DNA of 64,000 nucleotides from Adineta vaga. Its lineage: Eukaryota; Animalia; Rotifera. The translations under genes were made by a program, and so were the position numbers. The notes under the pieces were generated by a model. It did no database searches and was not told where the DNA came from. It worked only from the letters and a program-made list of their open reading frames with translations. Positions 1 through 11,634 of this stretch are shown here, in pieces (the first letter of the stretch is position 1; every line of letters begins with the position of its first letter). The stretch lies in contig CP075495.1 of NCBI GenBank assembly GCA_021613535.1, forward strand, positions 806,001 to 870,000, read 5' to 3'.

Positions 1-252
1 TGTTATTGATAGAGAAGATTCTTGAATGAACGGGAAGTGATTTTCAATTAATAAAAAAAAAAGAAGAAGAAACGTTTTCTTTTCTTTTACAGAATAATTA
101 CAAATCGTATGAAAATATTATTAAGACGATGTTTGTCAATCTCGACTTTCTTTTTTATTACCTTTTCATGTTATCATTTAGTTTAAAATGATGATGATAA
201 TGAACGGAAAACTTATAAAACGAAGAGAAAAAAAAAGGAGTTAAAAATAAAT

Positions 253-742
253 TTAATCTTGTTTCCATGGAAAATATTTTCCTTCTGGATCTTCTTCTAA
301 AACTTGTTCAATAGCATCTGGACAAATAATATTTCCTGTATCACCATCAAATAAAAGTAATGTTGGTATTCCTGAAACTTTGAATTTTTTTGATATTCGT
401 TCTTTTTTTCTTCGTTCTTGATAATCTAATTTTAACCAAGGCATTTTTCGATAATATTCATCAAATGATCGTTCATCATGATCTGAACTAATAAAAATAA
501 TTTCGAAATTTTTTTCTTTCGAATATTTTTTATAAAAATCAATTAATGTCGGAGTAAATCCACAACATGGTGAACACCTAAAGAAAAGATATTAAACAAA
601 CTATATTAATCATAACTACATACCAAAGTGCACTAAAATAAAGACCAAAGATTTTACCACGATATTTCTTTTCACTAAAATCAACTAATTCATTTAATCT
701 GTTATAAACATGTCCTTCGAGGTATCTCCCGACACCGGCCAT
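253..742 (-). CDS. Nucleoredoxin/tryparedoxin-like thioredoxin, copy 1 (exons 742-624, 577-253)
   Basis: Spliced: MAGVGRYLEG...GLYFSALW|CSPCCGFTP...FEIIFISSDHDERSFDEYYRKMPWL...VSGIPTLLLFD...FPWKQD; 46-nt GT-AG intron splits the Trp codon of WCxxC. Confidence 0.9.
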
Positions 743-1057
743 GATCTTGTTGACAAAAAAGTAAAATATGATGATTTTCTTCTTTCGTTATGTTCTCACG
801 TCTTTTTTTTCTCGTCTCCTGCCTTGATCAAGTATAAGACGAGAGAGAAAAAACGAACGAACCATGATTTAGTTAGAGATATATTATTTGTCCTTCTTCA
901 TATTATTTTTTTATTCTATTCATTGAGGTGAATGATATTATTCAGAATAATTATATTGGATTTATCTTATCATTATTTTCTCTAAAATATTATTAAACAA
1001 TGTTTCAGTTATTTCTATTTATTCAATATTTTCTTTTATATAAAAATGATAAATAAA

Positions 1058-1568
1058 TTATTCATCAGATTTCCATGGAAAATCTTTTCCTTTTGGATCT
1101 TCATCACTAATTTTATCACATGCATCAGCACAAAGAACTTCTCCTGAATCTCCATCGAATAAAATTAATGTTGGATAACTTTCAATTTCCAATTTTTCTT
1201 CTACTTTTTCTTTTTTCTTCTGTTGTTTAAAATCAAATTTTAACCAAGGCATTTCTTTATAATAATCATTAAAAGATTCTTCATCTTCATCTGCACTCAT
1301 AAAAATAATTTCAAAATTTTTCTTTTCAGCATATGTTTTATAAAATTTGCTTAATTTCGGTGTAAATTCACAACATGGTCCACACCTATAAGAAATATTT
1401 CCTTAATTTTCAATTTCATATAAAGAAAAAAGAAAAGAACTTCACATACCATTGAGCACTGAAATATAAACCAATTGTTTTTCCTTGATATTCTTCATCA
1501 TTAAGATCGACTTTTACATTTGATTTATTGAAAATATTTCCATTTAAAAGCTTTGCAATACCAGCCAT
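1058..1568 (-). CDS. Nucleoredoxin/tryparedoxin-like thioredoxin, copy 2 (exons 1568-1450, 1385-1058)
   Basis: MAGIAKLLNG...GLYFSAQW|CGPCCEFTP...MPWL...FPWKSDE; intron at the same position as in copy 1. Confidence 0.9.
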
Positions 1569-1827
1569 GAAATTTCTTTTCGATTTCAATGTACCACTAA
1601 GACACTTCGAACATCGATAGTGAATGATATTTTATACTACACAGTTCCGCCCTTTCGTCATGATATAATAAATAAAAAAACAATTTTACTTATATTTTGA
1701 TACAGTTTGTTTTATGTGGGCGATGTTAATTTTATGGTCAAATGAAAATATATAGATTCAATAATATTTTTTTTTGATTTAATCGAATAAAAATATATCA
1801 ATCGATTTGATTTTATTTATTAAGATA

Positions 1828-2361
1828 TTATATTAAAATACATGATGATTCATCTTTTTTATCTTTTGAATCTTTCCATGGAAAATGTTCACCTTGTTTA
1901 TCACGATTTTGAATTTGATCTCTTGCATCATTACAAAGTATATCTCCTGTATCACCATCGATTAAAATTAATTTTGGAATACCATTGACTCCAAATTTAT
2001 TTTCTAATTCTTCTTTCTTCTCTTGATCTTTATAATCTAATTTTAACCAAGGCATATCTTTATAATATTCATCGAATGATTCTTCATCACTATCAGAACT
2101 TAAAAATATAATTTCAAAATTTTTATCTTCAGTATGTTTTTTATAAAATTCAATTAATTTTGGTGTAAATATACGACATGGTAGACACCTAGAATGAATG
2201 AAATGAACAGATTACATTATCTAAAGTACAAAATTAACGTACCAATGAGCACTGAAATAAAATCCAAAAACTTTTCCTTTGTATTTCTCATTATTCAGAT
2301 CAATTTCTTGATTTTCTTTATTCAAAATATGTCCATCGAATAATTTTGCAACACTTGCCAT
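1828..2361 (-). CDS. Nucleoredoxin/tryparedoxin-like thioredoxin, copy 3, with C-terminal CaaX (exons 2361-2243, 2188-1828)
   Basis: MASVAKLFDG...FYFSAHW|CLPCRIFTP...MPWL...VNGIPKL...ESSCILI*. Confidence 0.9.
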
Positions 2362-2817
2362 ATTATGTATCTATGATAATCAAGAAGTAAAGTAGAATAA
2401 TAACATATATTTTGTCTTTGCCATAGTCACACGTTTTGTTCTTTCCTCTCATTCTCTCTTTTGATACTAGACGAATATAAAAAGAAAAGAAAAGAAAAAA
2501 GAAATATTTGATATGTTTAGAGGAATATGATATACATTCTTATTATTTTGTACTATCAATAGAAATAAAGTAAACCTATTGAAAAAATAATTGCTTGGTT
2601 CGTTAGATGAATACATTCGATCAAATAGGATTCATATAGAAAAAAAAGCTCGAAAAACAGAAGAAATTTATCGAACGAATCGCTTCAATAATTATAATAT
2701 TGAAAATAACGTTAGAATATTTTATAATTACACGTAAGAGAAAAATATCTACGATTATGATGACAAGGTAAAATATAAATACTCGATACAGTCCATGTAA
2801 TTTGCACATATATCAAA

Positions 2818-3570
2818 ATGGGTAAACTTGATGGACAAATCGCGCTTATTACTGGAGGATCAGATGGTATTGGTCTTGCTATAGCTCAAGAATTTGTTGC
2901 CGAAGGTGCTTATGTATTTATTACTGGACGTCGACAGGAAGTTCTCGATGCTGCAGTAAAGAAAATTGGTCATGAACATGTAACAAGTATTCAAGCTGAT
3001 GTTGTAAAATTAGATGATTTAGATCATGTAATGAAAGTGATCGAAAAACAAAAAGGAAAAATACAAATTGTTGTTGCTAATGCAGCAATTTTTAGTCTCG
3101 CACCAATTGAATCGATTACTGAAAAATCTTTTGATGATCAATTCAATATTAATGTTAAAGGTGTTCTTTTCACTGTACAAAAAGCTCTACCAATCTTAGA
3201 TGATGGTAGTTCAATTATTCTTATCGGTTCAAATATGTCGATTAAAGGTATAGCAGCATCGAGTGTCTATAGTGCAACTAAAGCGGCTGTTCGATCATTT
3301 GCACGATGTTGGTGTGTAGATTTAAAAGATCGTCGAATTCGTGTCAATACACTTAGTCCAGGTCCAACATTGACACCCATGTTACAAAGTATTGGTAGTA
3401 CAAAGGAAGAATCTGAAAAAATTCTTGATTCAATGGCAACAAATTCATTAATGGGTCGTATTGGTCAACCAGTGGAAATTGCTAAAGCAGCTCTATTTCT
3501 TGCATCGAACGATAGTTCATATATAACCGGTATTGAACTTTTTGTTGATGGTGGATATGCACAAATATAG
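2818..3570 (+). CDS. Classical short-chain dehydrogenase/reductase, bacterial-like, intronless
   Basis: TGGSDGIG cofactor motif, YSATK catalytic motif, RIRVNTLSPGP, C-terminal GIELFVDGG; 250 aa. Confidence 0.92.
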   Translation: MGKLDGQIALITGGSDGIGLAIAQEFVAEGAYVFITGRRQEVLDAAVKKIGHEHVTSIQADVVKLDDLDHVMKVIEKQKGKIQIVVANAAIFSLAPIESITEKSFDDQFNINVKGVLFTVQKALPILDDGSSIILIGSNMSIKGIAASSVYSATKAAVRSFARCWCVDLKDRRIRVNTLSPGPTLTPMLQSIGSTKEESEKILDSMATNSLMGRIGQPVEIAKAALFLASNDSSYITGIELFVDGGYAQI

Positions 3571-3792
3571 ATTTTTACATTTGATAGTTAGTATAATAGA
3601 TCATCGGAATTTGACGGTGTAATTTTTCGTAGAAATCTTATTAGATAATAGTAATAAATTTATTGTTAATTAAAATGATTTTAAATAGTTTGTTCTACAA
3701 GATTCTGTCTGAATGAATAAGGAAGACAACTATAAAAATGAAAGAAAATTTGTCTCTCAAAACAAATAAATAATTCATGTCTAAACATAGAT

Positions 3793-5298
3793 TTAATTTC
3801 CAGGTTTAATATAATTTAAAACACATCCATCAGCTGGATAAATTGTTGGTAAATACATAATTTTATCCATATTTGATCGATATGCTCGTTCAAAATTCAT
3901 ATCTGTTAATAATGAAATAAATAACATAATATGATTCATTGCATATCGTTGACCAATACAAGCATGTGGACCAGCTCCAAACGTAAGAAAATTTCGATCA
4001 TATTTCATATGTTCCATTCGATCAGGACTAAATCTTTCTGGATCAAAAATTTCTGGTTGAGGAAAACCATTTCGATTAGCACTCCAAATACTTGGAATAA
4101 TTAAAGTACCTTTTGGTGCTGTATAATCATCTGATATTTGTATTGGTTTATTTGCAACATGAATTGCAAGAGTAGCCGGTGGACGTAAACGTAAAAGTTC
4201 TTTCATTACTTGCCATGTATATTTCATTTGTGTTAATAATTCAGGTGTTATAGGTGCGAGTGAATCAGGACGAAGTAATTTCTGTTCTTGACGAACTTTT
4301 TCAAGTACATCAGGATGTTTACTTAATTCATGAATAGCAAATGTTAATGAACTTGTTGAAGCATCTTGTGCAGCGAATAAGAAATCTAATGTAATTTTAG
4401 CTATTTCTTCATCAGTACTATGTAATGGTGTTGGTTGATTAGTTTTCTTTGCTTCATCAATTGTTTTCAATGTTGAAACCATCCAATAATCTAATAAACA
4501 TGTTGGTTCAATATTATCTTTTGACATTCGTTGTTTACTTTGATAAACAATTGATTTTAATGATTGACGAATTGATTCAGCAGCACGTACACCTTTATAA
4601 AGTTGTGTACCTGGAAAATAAATTGGTGCTGCAAACATTCCACGTGTTAAATTTGTATAATTAATTTTAAATTGTTCACGAATTTGTTCATTTATATATG
4701 GACCAATAAAAACTGATAAACTTGTATTAATATTTAAATCATAAACTAATGGTCGCATTTCAATTCCATTTGTCGAATTTTGACTTAATTCACACCATTT
4801 TTTCATATGGTTTCTAATAGCTTCTTCTTGAATATGTAGATATGTTGAAAGAGCTTTTGTTGTGAATAATGGTAATAATGCAATACGTAAAATTTTATGT
4901 ATTTGACCATTCATAAATGCAATATTATCATTTCCTAATAAACGATTTGCATTTGGATGTAAAACTAATGGCATTTCAGCTGAACATCGTTCAAAAATCT
5001 TTCGACAATATTCACTATCAGCAATTAAAACAAAAAATCTTCCAATAATACTATTCCAACTTAATTTTCCATAATCCATTTGTCCATGCCAAAATTCATA
5101 AGGTGCTGATAACATATGAAGAATACCACCAATAAATGGAAACGTTAATTTTGGTCCAGGAAGTGAACCACGTTTGGACAAATATGTTAATTGTTCATAA
5201 ATATATGCAAATAAAATACCAAAGAATATAATTGATAACCAAATACTAATTGTCCATGATTCAATCATGGTGAATGTTGTTAAAACAATCGATATCAT
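3793..5298 (-). CDS. Cytochrome P450 of the CYP710/CYP61 (ERG5) sterol C-22 desaturase type
   Basis: I-helix DFLFAAQDASTSSL, ELLR (ExxR), FDPERF, heme motif FGAGPHACIGQRYAMNH, N-terminal TM anchor; probable ATG at 5298 just after a polypyrimidine-CAG acceptor (5' UTR intron). Confidence 0.88.
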   Translation of the reverse strand: MISIVLTTFTMIESWTISIWLSIIFFGILFAYIYEQLTYLSKRGSLPGPKLTFPFIGGILHMLSAPYEFWHGQMDYGKLSWNSIIGRFFVLIADSEYCRKIFERCSAEMPLVLHPNANRLLGNDNIAFMNGQIHKILRIALLPLFTTKALSTYLHIQEEAIRNHMKKWCELSQNSTNGIEMRPLVYDLNINTSLSVFIGPYINEQIREQFKINYTNLTRGMFAAPIYFPGTQLYKGVRAAESIRQSLKSIVYQSKQRMSKDNIEPTCLLDYWMVSTLKTIDEAKKTNQPTPLHSTDEEIAKITLDFLFAAQDASTSSLTFAIHELSKHPDVLEKVRQEQKLLRPDSLAPITPELLTQMKYTWQVMKELLRLRPPATLAIHVANKPIQISDDYTAPKGTLIIPSIWSANRNGFPQPEIFDPERFSPDRMEHMKYDRNFLTFGAGPHACIGQRYAMNHIMLFISLLTDMNFERAYRSNMDKIMYLPTIYPADGCVLNYIKPGN

Positions 5299-5609
5299 AC
5301 CTGAAAACGAAAAAGAAAAAAAAAAGCGAAAGTAATGCAAAATCTGTTTATATAAGAACAAAATTTCAAGTGTGCATTATTCAACAAACGAACAACCTTG
5401 AGTAACTTTCTCGTTAGTCGTCGATTTTTATTTTTTTTTCTCGGCAAATAACTTGTTATAGATGCGTGCAGCCGAGCACAACATGCAATTGGAAAAAAAA
5501 GAGAAGGCAATACGATCGATGTTTGTTATGTCTAATACCTGTAATCAAGGTATATTCTATTTATGAAATAAGGCAACGTACAAGAGAGAGAAAAACACGA
5601 GGAAGAATA

Positions 5610-6824
5610 TTATTTATGAGAATAAAGTTGACATGAAATGTTCAGAGGTAAATCATATCCATTGACAAAAATATTCCATTTAGTTTTCGGTATGTGTTGA
5701 AAGACTTGTTTTAAACGATTTGAAAGATTTAATTGTGAAACACGTATGAAAATATGTAAAATTCGTTCAGGATATTGTTGATAAATATTTGCATAAATTT
5801 CAGGATCTTTTTGAAAAATATCACCAAATAAAATATATTTTCGAGAATGTGTTTGTGTAAAAAACATATGAAGAATATGTGTTTTTTGTTTTATAAATGA
5901 TTTTGATTGAAAAAATTTAAAGAAATTTATATCAAACCATGAGAAATGTCTCATATGATATGAACCTAAAGGAAATTGTTCATAATCAAGAAATTCACGT
6001 AAAAATGGATATAATTGATCAGGTGATGCCGTTAAATAATGAAATGTTGCATTATAAATTAATTTATAATGTCGATATCGTTCTGACATACCAGGAATAG
6101 ATTGATATTTACCAGAAAATGTATTACGAAGTATAGAACGAACACTAGTGACACCTGTTATTTTAATTGTATCATCCTAAAATTCATTATATATTCATTA
6201 AAGAAAATCTTCTTTTTCTTCTTCTTCTCTTACAATATCACTAATAATTGATATTCCATTATCATCACATAAGAATATTTCACCTTTTGTTCGAATATCT
6301 CGATTTATTGTTGATATAAAATATTCAACATGTCCATCGGATATACGAAAACGTTGAACATCATTATTAGATAAATGAAATTGTTTTTTAAGTAAACCAT
6401 ATGCATCTGTTTTAACACATAGATCTAATGATAAACCATTTAAACATAATGATTCATATTTCTTTCCACTTCCAGTAAAATATGCTACACGTTTTTTATT
6501 TACATCATTAACAACAGTTGATAATGCTGTTCGAGCTAATTTTGCACGAAAACGATTTTCTTCAAAATACCAACCTGAAAAAAACAAGAAAATTCTTCTT
6601 CTTTTTTTGTTTTCTTAAAGAAAAATTTAGAATTAACCTTGAGTATAGAGAATCCAATCATTTGAAGGATGTATATTATCTATTAATGTAGTTACATTTG
6701 AATGATATCGAAATGCAACAGATGGAAGAAGAATTAATTGTTTTTCTTTGGTATAAAAAAGACTTGAAATAAGAATCGATTGATTAAATAACAAATAGAT
6801 TATAAAATAAAGATAGTTTTTCAT
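5610..6824 (-). CDS. App1-family phosphatidate phosphatase (exons 6824-6638, 6574-6234, 6176-5610)
   Basis: Splicing restores GISIISDI|DDTIKITGV (DxDxT), then FHYLTASP, YILFGDIFQKDPEIYANI, YPERILHIFIR; N-terminal signal peptide. Confidence 0.85.
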
Positions 6825-7096
6825 GATTTGTTTTTCTTCTGTATATATGATATAGTACATATATATATATATCTTTGAAGAAAGAGAAAAACAAGATGAA
6901 TTTACGTATTAGATTACAGAAGAAAAGATGTCATGTCTCTGTAACAGATCTTTATTATCGTTTATGAAAATATATATTTGATTACCTTGAAAATAATTTT
7001 TAAATCAATATTATATATTGAAATATTGAATTTGATTGATACTATAAAAGAAAGAGAGAGAATCTTATATATGTACAGTTTATTCATAAAACGAAA

Positions 7097-10000
7097 ATGT
7101 TATTTCGATTCATTTTTCTAGTATTTTTATCGACAAATGCTTTACCATTAAATGATTTGTTTCCATTTGGATCTGAAAGTAATGATTCAATGATATATCA
7201 ATCATCATTTAATATCAGTAGTGGTCCTTTGGATTTACCATATATATTTCCATATTTTGATGATTTAAATACTCAAATTTCAATTACAAATAATGGTTTA
7301 TTTGTTTTTGGATCAATATTGAATAGTTATTCATATTATACGCCAAATCGATTTCCTTTACGAGATGGTAGTTCGATTATTGCTGGTTATTGGCATAATC
7401 ATATTTATAATTATATGAATGAGACTAAAAATCAAGTCTATTATCAAATCTATAGTAATTCATCTGCATCAAATTCAGCAATGAAAGTCTTTATGAAAGC
7501 AAGTGATTATGTTCAAAGATATTTTCCACAACAACGTTTATTTCAACCTAAAATGGTGATTACAGGTACATGGTATTATATAAGTTCATCTGAATACAAT
7601 AATACAGATAGATTAAATAATACATTTCAAATTGTTTTAACTACGAATGAAGATCTTAGTTTTGTATTTTTACTCTATCATGAACTTCAATGGGGAAATT
7701 CTGATAATTATTCGTATTATTCAATTCAAGCAGGATTTAATAATGATCATAGAAATATATCAGAATTACTTCCATATTCAGGTACAAATGAGATCATTAA
7801 ATTAGCGAATGAAAGTAATGTTAATGTCCCAGGATTATATGTTTATCGTGTCGATGCGCATGAGATCAATGCAGGTGGATGTTTTGAAAATACATCAATA
7901 GTTTCATTTCGTCCTCGAATAGGTTCACAACTTGGTTCTACAGTATTGAATATCTATGGTCCATGTTTTACAAATCAAAATAAGATTAAATGTCGATTCA
8001 ATACATTACCATTGAAAATTGTCGATGGATTTATTATCGATGAATTTCGAGCCATATGTTTAACACCATTTGTATCTATAGATGGATCAATAGTTGTGGA
8101 TATATCTATTGATAATGGACAAACATTTCTTTCAGCAGGTAGTTTTAATTTTGTTTCTGCTCAACTTGATTCGAGTGAAGTTAGTGTTGAAATGGAGAAT
8201 GGTCAAAAATTACCTAATGCGGGAGAATATATAACTCTCAAATGGCGTTTTACTGATATAATCAAAAACACATTTCCAAATGGTACAATTATTGATGTTG
8301 AATTATGGAAAGTAAATCTCAATAATCAAGCACAACTACAAAAAAGTGATTTACCTGAGATATTGGCATCAAATTTATCTCTTCATAATTCCGTTCGTGT
8401 TCGAATACCGGAAGGTATATCAACAGGGTTTATTCGAATCGTTGCGCGTTATAATTCATATATCTATTCTGGATTAAATTCGGATCTATTAATTATAAGT
8501 AGTTCACCAGTTTCAGCTGCAGAATCATGTCAAAATTGGTCAAAACAAGAAGTTGAACCATCGGCATGGAATAGTAATGGTCTTCTTCCATGTCCAATGT
8601 CAACTGATCAAGCCAAACGAGCAGGTTTCTGTTGTTACGAACCAGAATCACATTGTTACAAAGGTAGTAAAAATCCAAACAATTGTTGGCTTCATCAAGG
8701 TCGTCCGGAACGTAATGAATCATCCGCTGTTGAATGCTACATATCCAAATATTCGAATAATCATGGTGCTAGTGCACAATGCTGTTATGGTGCCGATGGA
8801 ATGATCATTACACGTGGTCAAGGTGCAGGAACCGATGATCGATATGGACCAATAATATCGCCTGTCAAACATTTTTTTCATGATATTCTTCCATATTTAC
8901 AATGCTGTATAATAAGTACAGATTCAGAAACATGTCATACTTACATGAAATATCGTCCACCACGACGAGGAAGTAATACAATGGGTGAAAGTGGTCGTAT
9001 GTGGGGTGATCCACATTTCGGTACACTTGATGATTTATCGTATACATTTAATGGTTATGGTGAATATACTTATTTAGCCATTACGAATAATTTTGCACCA
9101 CTACCAGAGTTCAATGCAACAAGTCAATCTTATGTATTTATGTCACAAATACGAACAGTTCCAATTGCAGTATCAACAGGTAATGCTACAGTAACGACAG
9201 GTTTTGCTGCTCGATCTAATGATGCAGAAGCACAACCAATAAGTTTAACAATTTCATCTCGTCAACAGATTGTTTTACATCGTAATAATACAATTCTCGA
9301 GTTTGAAGATAATATCAATGCATTCACCTTTCCTGAATTGATTATAACTCGACAAAATGATCAAAAATATATATTTTCATGGAATATTGGTGTGACAATT
9401 GTTATAAAGATTATTCAAATGACATCACCATCCAAGAAATTCATTCTCGATATTAGTGCTTCTATTTCAGGAAATTTTCGTTACAAAACATATGGATTAT
9501 TAGGTACATATGATGGTAATAAAGATAATGATCTTCGAAGTCGTAATGGTACTGTTCTCAATAGTAATTCTTCAATTGAACAAATTCATAAAAACTTTGG
9601 TATTACATGGGCTATTGATCCACAAACTTCCATGTTCTCTTATGAGCCTCATGAAACAGCTCAATGGTTTCGTGATCAGAATGATAATTTCATTCCATCA
9701 TTTGCGCAACTATCATCAAATAATTCTTCTCATCGATTGACTTGTGGCATCGACGCAACATCTCCAGAAACATCGTGGACTCCAGCTGAACGAACATGTT
9801 ATTATGATTTATCAGTTACAAATGATCGTCAATTTGCTAGGGAATCTTTAGCAGCAGGTAATGAATTCAAAATAATGAAAGCTCCTTCATCAATCTATCC
9901 TGTATTTCATTCATCACTTCCTTTGATTATGAATTTAAACGAAGGTGATTCCGTTAAATTCAACGTTTCGGTCTCGAGTGATAATCCAACACACAGTATT

Positions 10001-10240
10001 ACCTTATCAACAATTCATTTACCTCGAAAAGCAACATTCATCGTGTCTACTCATACTTTCATCTGGACAGCGATTAAAGGTGATGATTATCTTAGTATTC
10101 AAGCTCATGATCAAACAAATAATCTAACAACAAAACATGATATTACTTTTCATGTCACACCATTTCATCGTAGTAACAGCAATGATGTCAAAGGCATACA
10201 ATTACTCATACTAATTCTTACTTTTTTCATTATTTTCTAA
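7097..10240 (+). CDS. NIDO-IPT/TIG-AMOP-VWD cell-surface protein (SUSD2/Mesh-like), intronless
   Basis: Signal peptide; NIDO (NTFQIVLTT, ESNVNVPGLYVYRVD); IPT (GSQLGSTVLNIYGPCF); AMOP (LPCP...AQCCY...YRPPR); VWD with WGDPHF autocleavage motif; hydrophobic C-terminus (GPI-like). Confidence 0.88.
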   Translation: MLFRFIFLVFLSTNALPLNDLFPFGSESNDSMIYQSSFNISSGPLDLPYIFPYFDDLNTQISITNNGLFVFGSILNSYSYYTPNRFPLRDGSSIIAGYWHNHIYNYMNETKNQVYYQIYSNSSASNSAMKVFMKASDYVQRYFPQQRLFQPKMVITGTWYYISSSEYNNTDRLNNTFQIVLTTNEDLSFVFLLYHELQWGNSDNYSYYSIQAGFNNDHRNISELLPYSGTNEIIKLANESNVNVPGLYVYRVDAHEINAGGCFENTSIVSFRPRIGSQLGSTVLNIYGPCFTNQNKIKCRFNTLPLKIVDGFIIDEFRAICLTPFVSIDGSIVVDISIDNGQTFLSAGSFNFVSAQLDSSEVSVEMENGQKLPNAGEYITLKWRFTDIIKNTFPNGTIIDVELWKVNLNNQAQLQKSDLPEILASNLSLHNSVRVRIPEGISTGFIRIVARYNSYIYSGLNSDLLIISSSPVSAAESCQNWSKQEVEPSAWNSNGLLPCPMSTDQAKRAGFCCYEPESHCYKGSKNPNNCWLHQGRPERNESSAVECYISKYSNNHGASAQCCYGADGMIITRGQGAGTDDRYGPIISPVKHFFHDILPYLQCCIISTDSETCHTYMKYRPPRRGSNTMGESGRMWGDPHFGTLDDLSYTFNGYGEYTYLAITNNFAPLPEFNATSQSYVFMSQIRTVPIAVSTGNATVTTGFAARSNDAEAQPISLTISSRQQIVLHRNNTILEFEDNINAFTFPELIITRQNDQKYIFSWNIGVTIVIKIIQMTSPSKKFILDISASISGNFRYKTYGLLGTYDGNKDNDLRSRNGTVLNSNSSIEQIHKNFGITWAIDPQTSMFSYEPHETAQWFRDQNDNFIPSFAQLSSNNSSHRLTCGIDATSPETSWTPAERTCYYDLSVTNDRQFARESLAAGNEFKIMKAPSSIYPVFHSSLPLIMNLNEGDSVKFNVSVSSDNPTHSITLSTIHLPRKATFIVSTHTFIWTAIKGDDYLSIQAHDQTNNLTTKHDITFHVTPFHRSNSNDVKGIQLLILILTFFIIF

Positions 10241-10623
10241 ATAAATATATATTCTGAAAAAGAAACCAATATCATAATATTTACATTTCATTGTAATCTG
10301 ATATAGAATAGAAAAACAGAAGACTTCCACTTGATATTGAATGTAAACGTACGAAAATACAGTTCTCCTGGTACAATGAATCAAATAAAAGAAATTCTTT
10401 ATGAAAAATATCTTCAAAATCATTTGATTTATCTTATATTTCTCTTTACAATCAGCTGGTAAAGAAAAAAACTGACAAAGATCACTTTTACATATTTCTA
10501 AATAAAATTTTCAAAAAAAAAAAGATAACAATTATTAACTAATTGAAATACGATAATAGGTTTCATTAATATTATTATTTGCAAATAGGTTTATAATAAT
10601 AATATTAATGAATTTTTCTTCTT

Positions 10624-10800
10624 ACCATTTTGTTTTGAGTATGTGTAACATTGACCACTTACATGGTGTCATTTGATTTTTTAATGATGGATGAACTTTA
10701 TTACTACATAATGGATTATTTGAATTACATTGATAACACCAACCAGCTGAACCTGATCGAACTAAAATAGTACATTTTACAATTAATGATAGAAAAGTAA
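10624..10800 (-). pseudogene. Degenerate Ly6/three-finger exon
   Basis: Hydrophobic leader, then WCYQCNSNNPLCSNKV...TPC/SGQCYTY ending at a GTAAG donor; needs two frameshifts; no downstream exons recognised. Confidence 0.4.
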
Positions 10801-10922
10801 ATTCCTATAATTACCTTCTACTATGAAAAATATAATTAAACAAATTGTAACGACTAAAATTTTCGACATAAGTCGATTTTCTTTCTGTTAACATGTATTT
10901 AATTAACAAATATATATTTATA

Positions 10923-11160
10923 TTAATTGACAAAATGAATTTTCTTTTTCGTTTTACTGTTTGGTTTTTGCCATTCAAGTGTTGATGCACCATCGTCAGT
11001 ACTCCAGTCTTTCTGAAGTGTTTAAGTGCTGTCTGAAAGTCACCTTTGGTAGTCCATATATTTTTCGTCGGATCTTTTGTGGCACCATCATTTTCTAATT
11101 GTTTTATCAAACCAACAAAAGGATTGATTTCACTCGTTCGTAGTGCAACATTGATTAAAC
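10923..11160 (-). pseudogene. Exon-like fragment resembling a bacterial polymorphic-toxin C-terminal domain
   Basis: After a TGTAG acceptor: KQLENDGATKDPTKNIWTTKGDFQTALKHFRK, then in another frame STDDGASTLEWQKPNSKTKKKIHFVN*. Confidence 0.3.
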
Positions 11161-11634
11161 CTACAAAAGTTGAGATTTTCAATGTTTATGTGGAAAGAAA
11201 AAGAATATCGTTTAAACAAATAGAAAACTAAACGTCGTAAGTAATCGTTTCATTTTAAATCTCAAACAAATGAAATGATAATAGCAGTTGCGAAGGATTT
11301 ATATAATATTTTTGTAGTATGGGCGTACTATAGACTGACCTTGAAGATAATAATAGGCTTAACTATACATCAAAATAAAGACTGAGAGTAGATCCACGTA
11401 CTCATATTACATAAAAGCCGGGTGTTTGAGACATAGCTACGCAACTTGGTTCCGGAATGCAGTTTGTGTGTATTTTGAGGCTTGTTTCAGGCAAAGTTTT
11501 GATAGAAACTATCGAATAGATTTATAACTTAAAAGAACAGAATACACGTATTAAATAGAACTTTATTTTTTGATAAAAAATAAATAACTCCAAACTATCA
11601 ATCATATTTCTTTACAAATTTTGTATTTTGAATA

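Noticed and set aside
5299-5361. N-terminal extension of the P450 ORF (MFLYKQ...FFFSFSFSG)
   Set aside because: It is a polypyrimidine tract and CAG acceptor, so intronic
4449-10127. Short ORFs nested in or antisense to the P450 and NIDO-AMOP-VWD genes
   Set aside because: Shadow frames of real CDSs with no independent evidence
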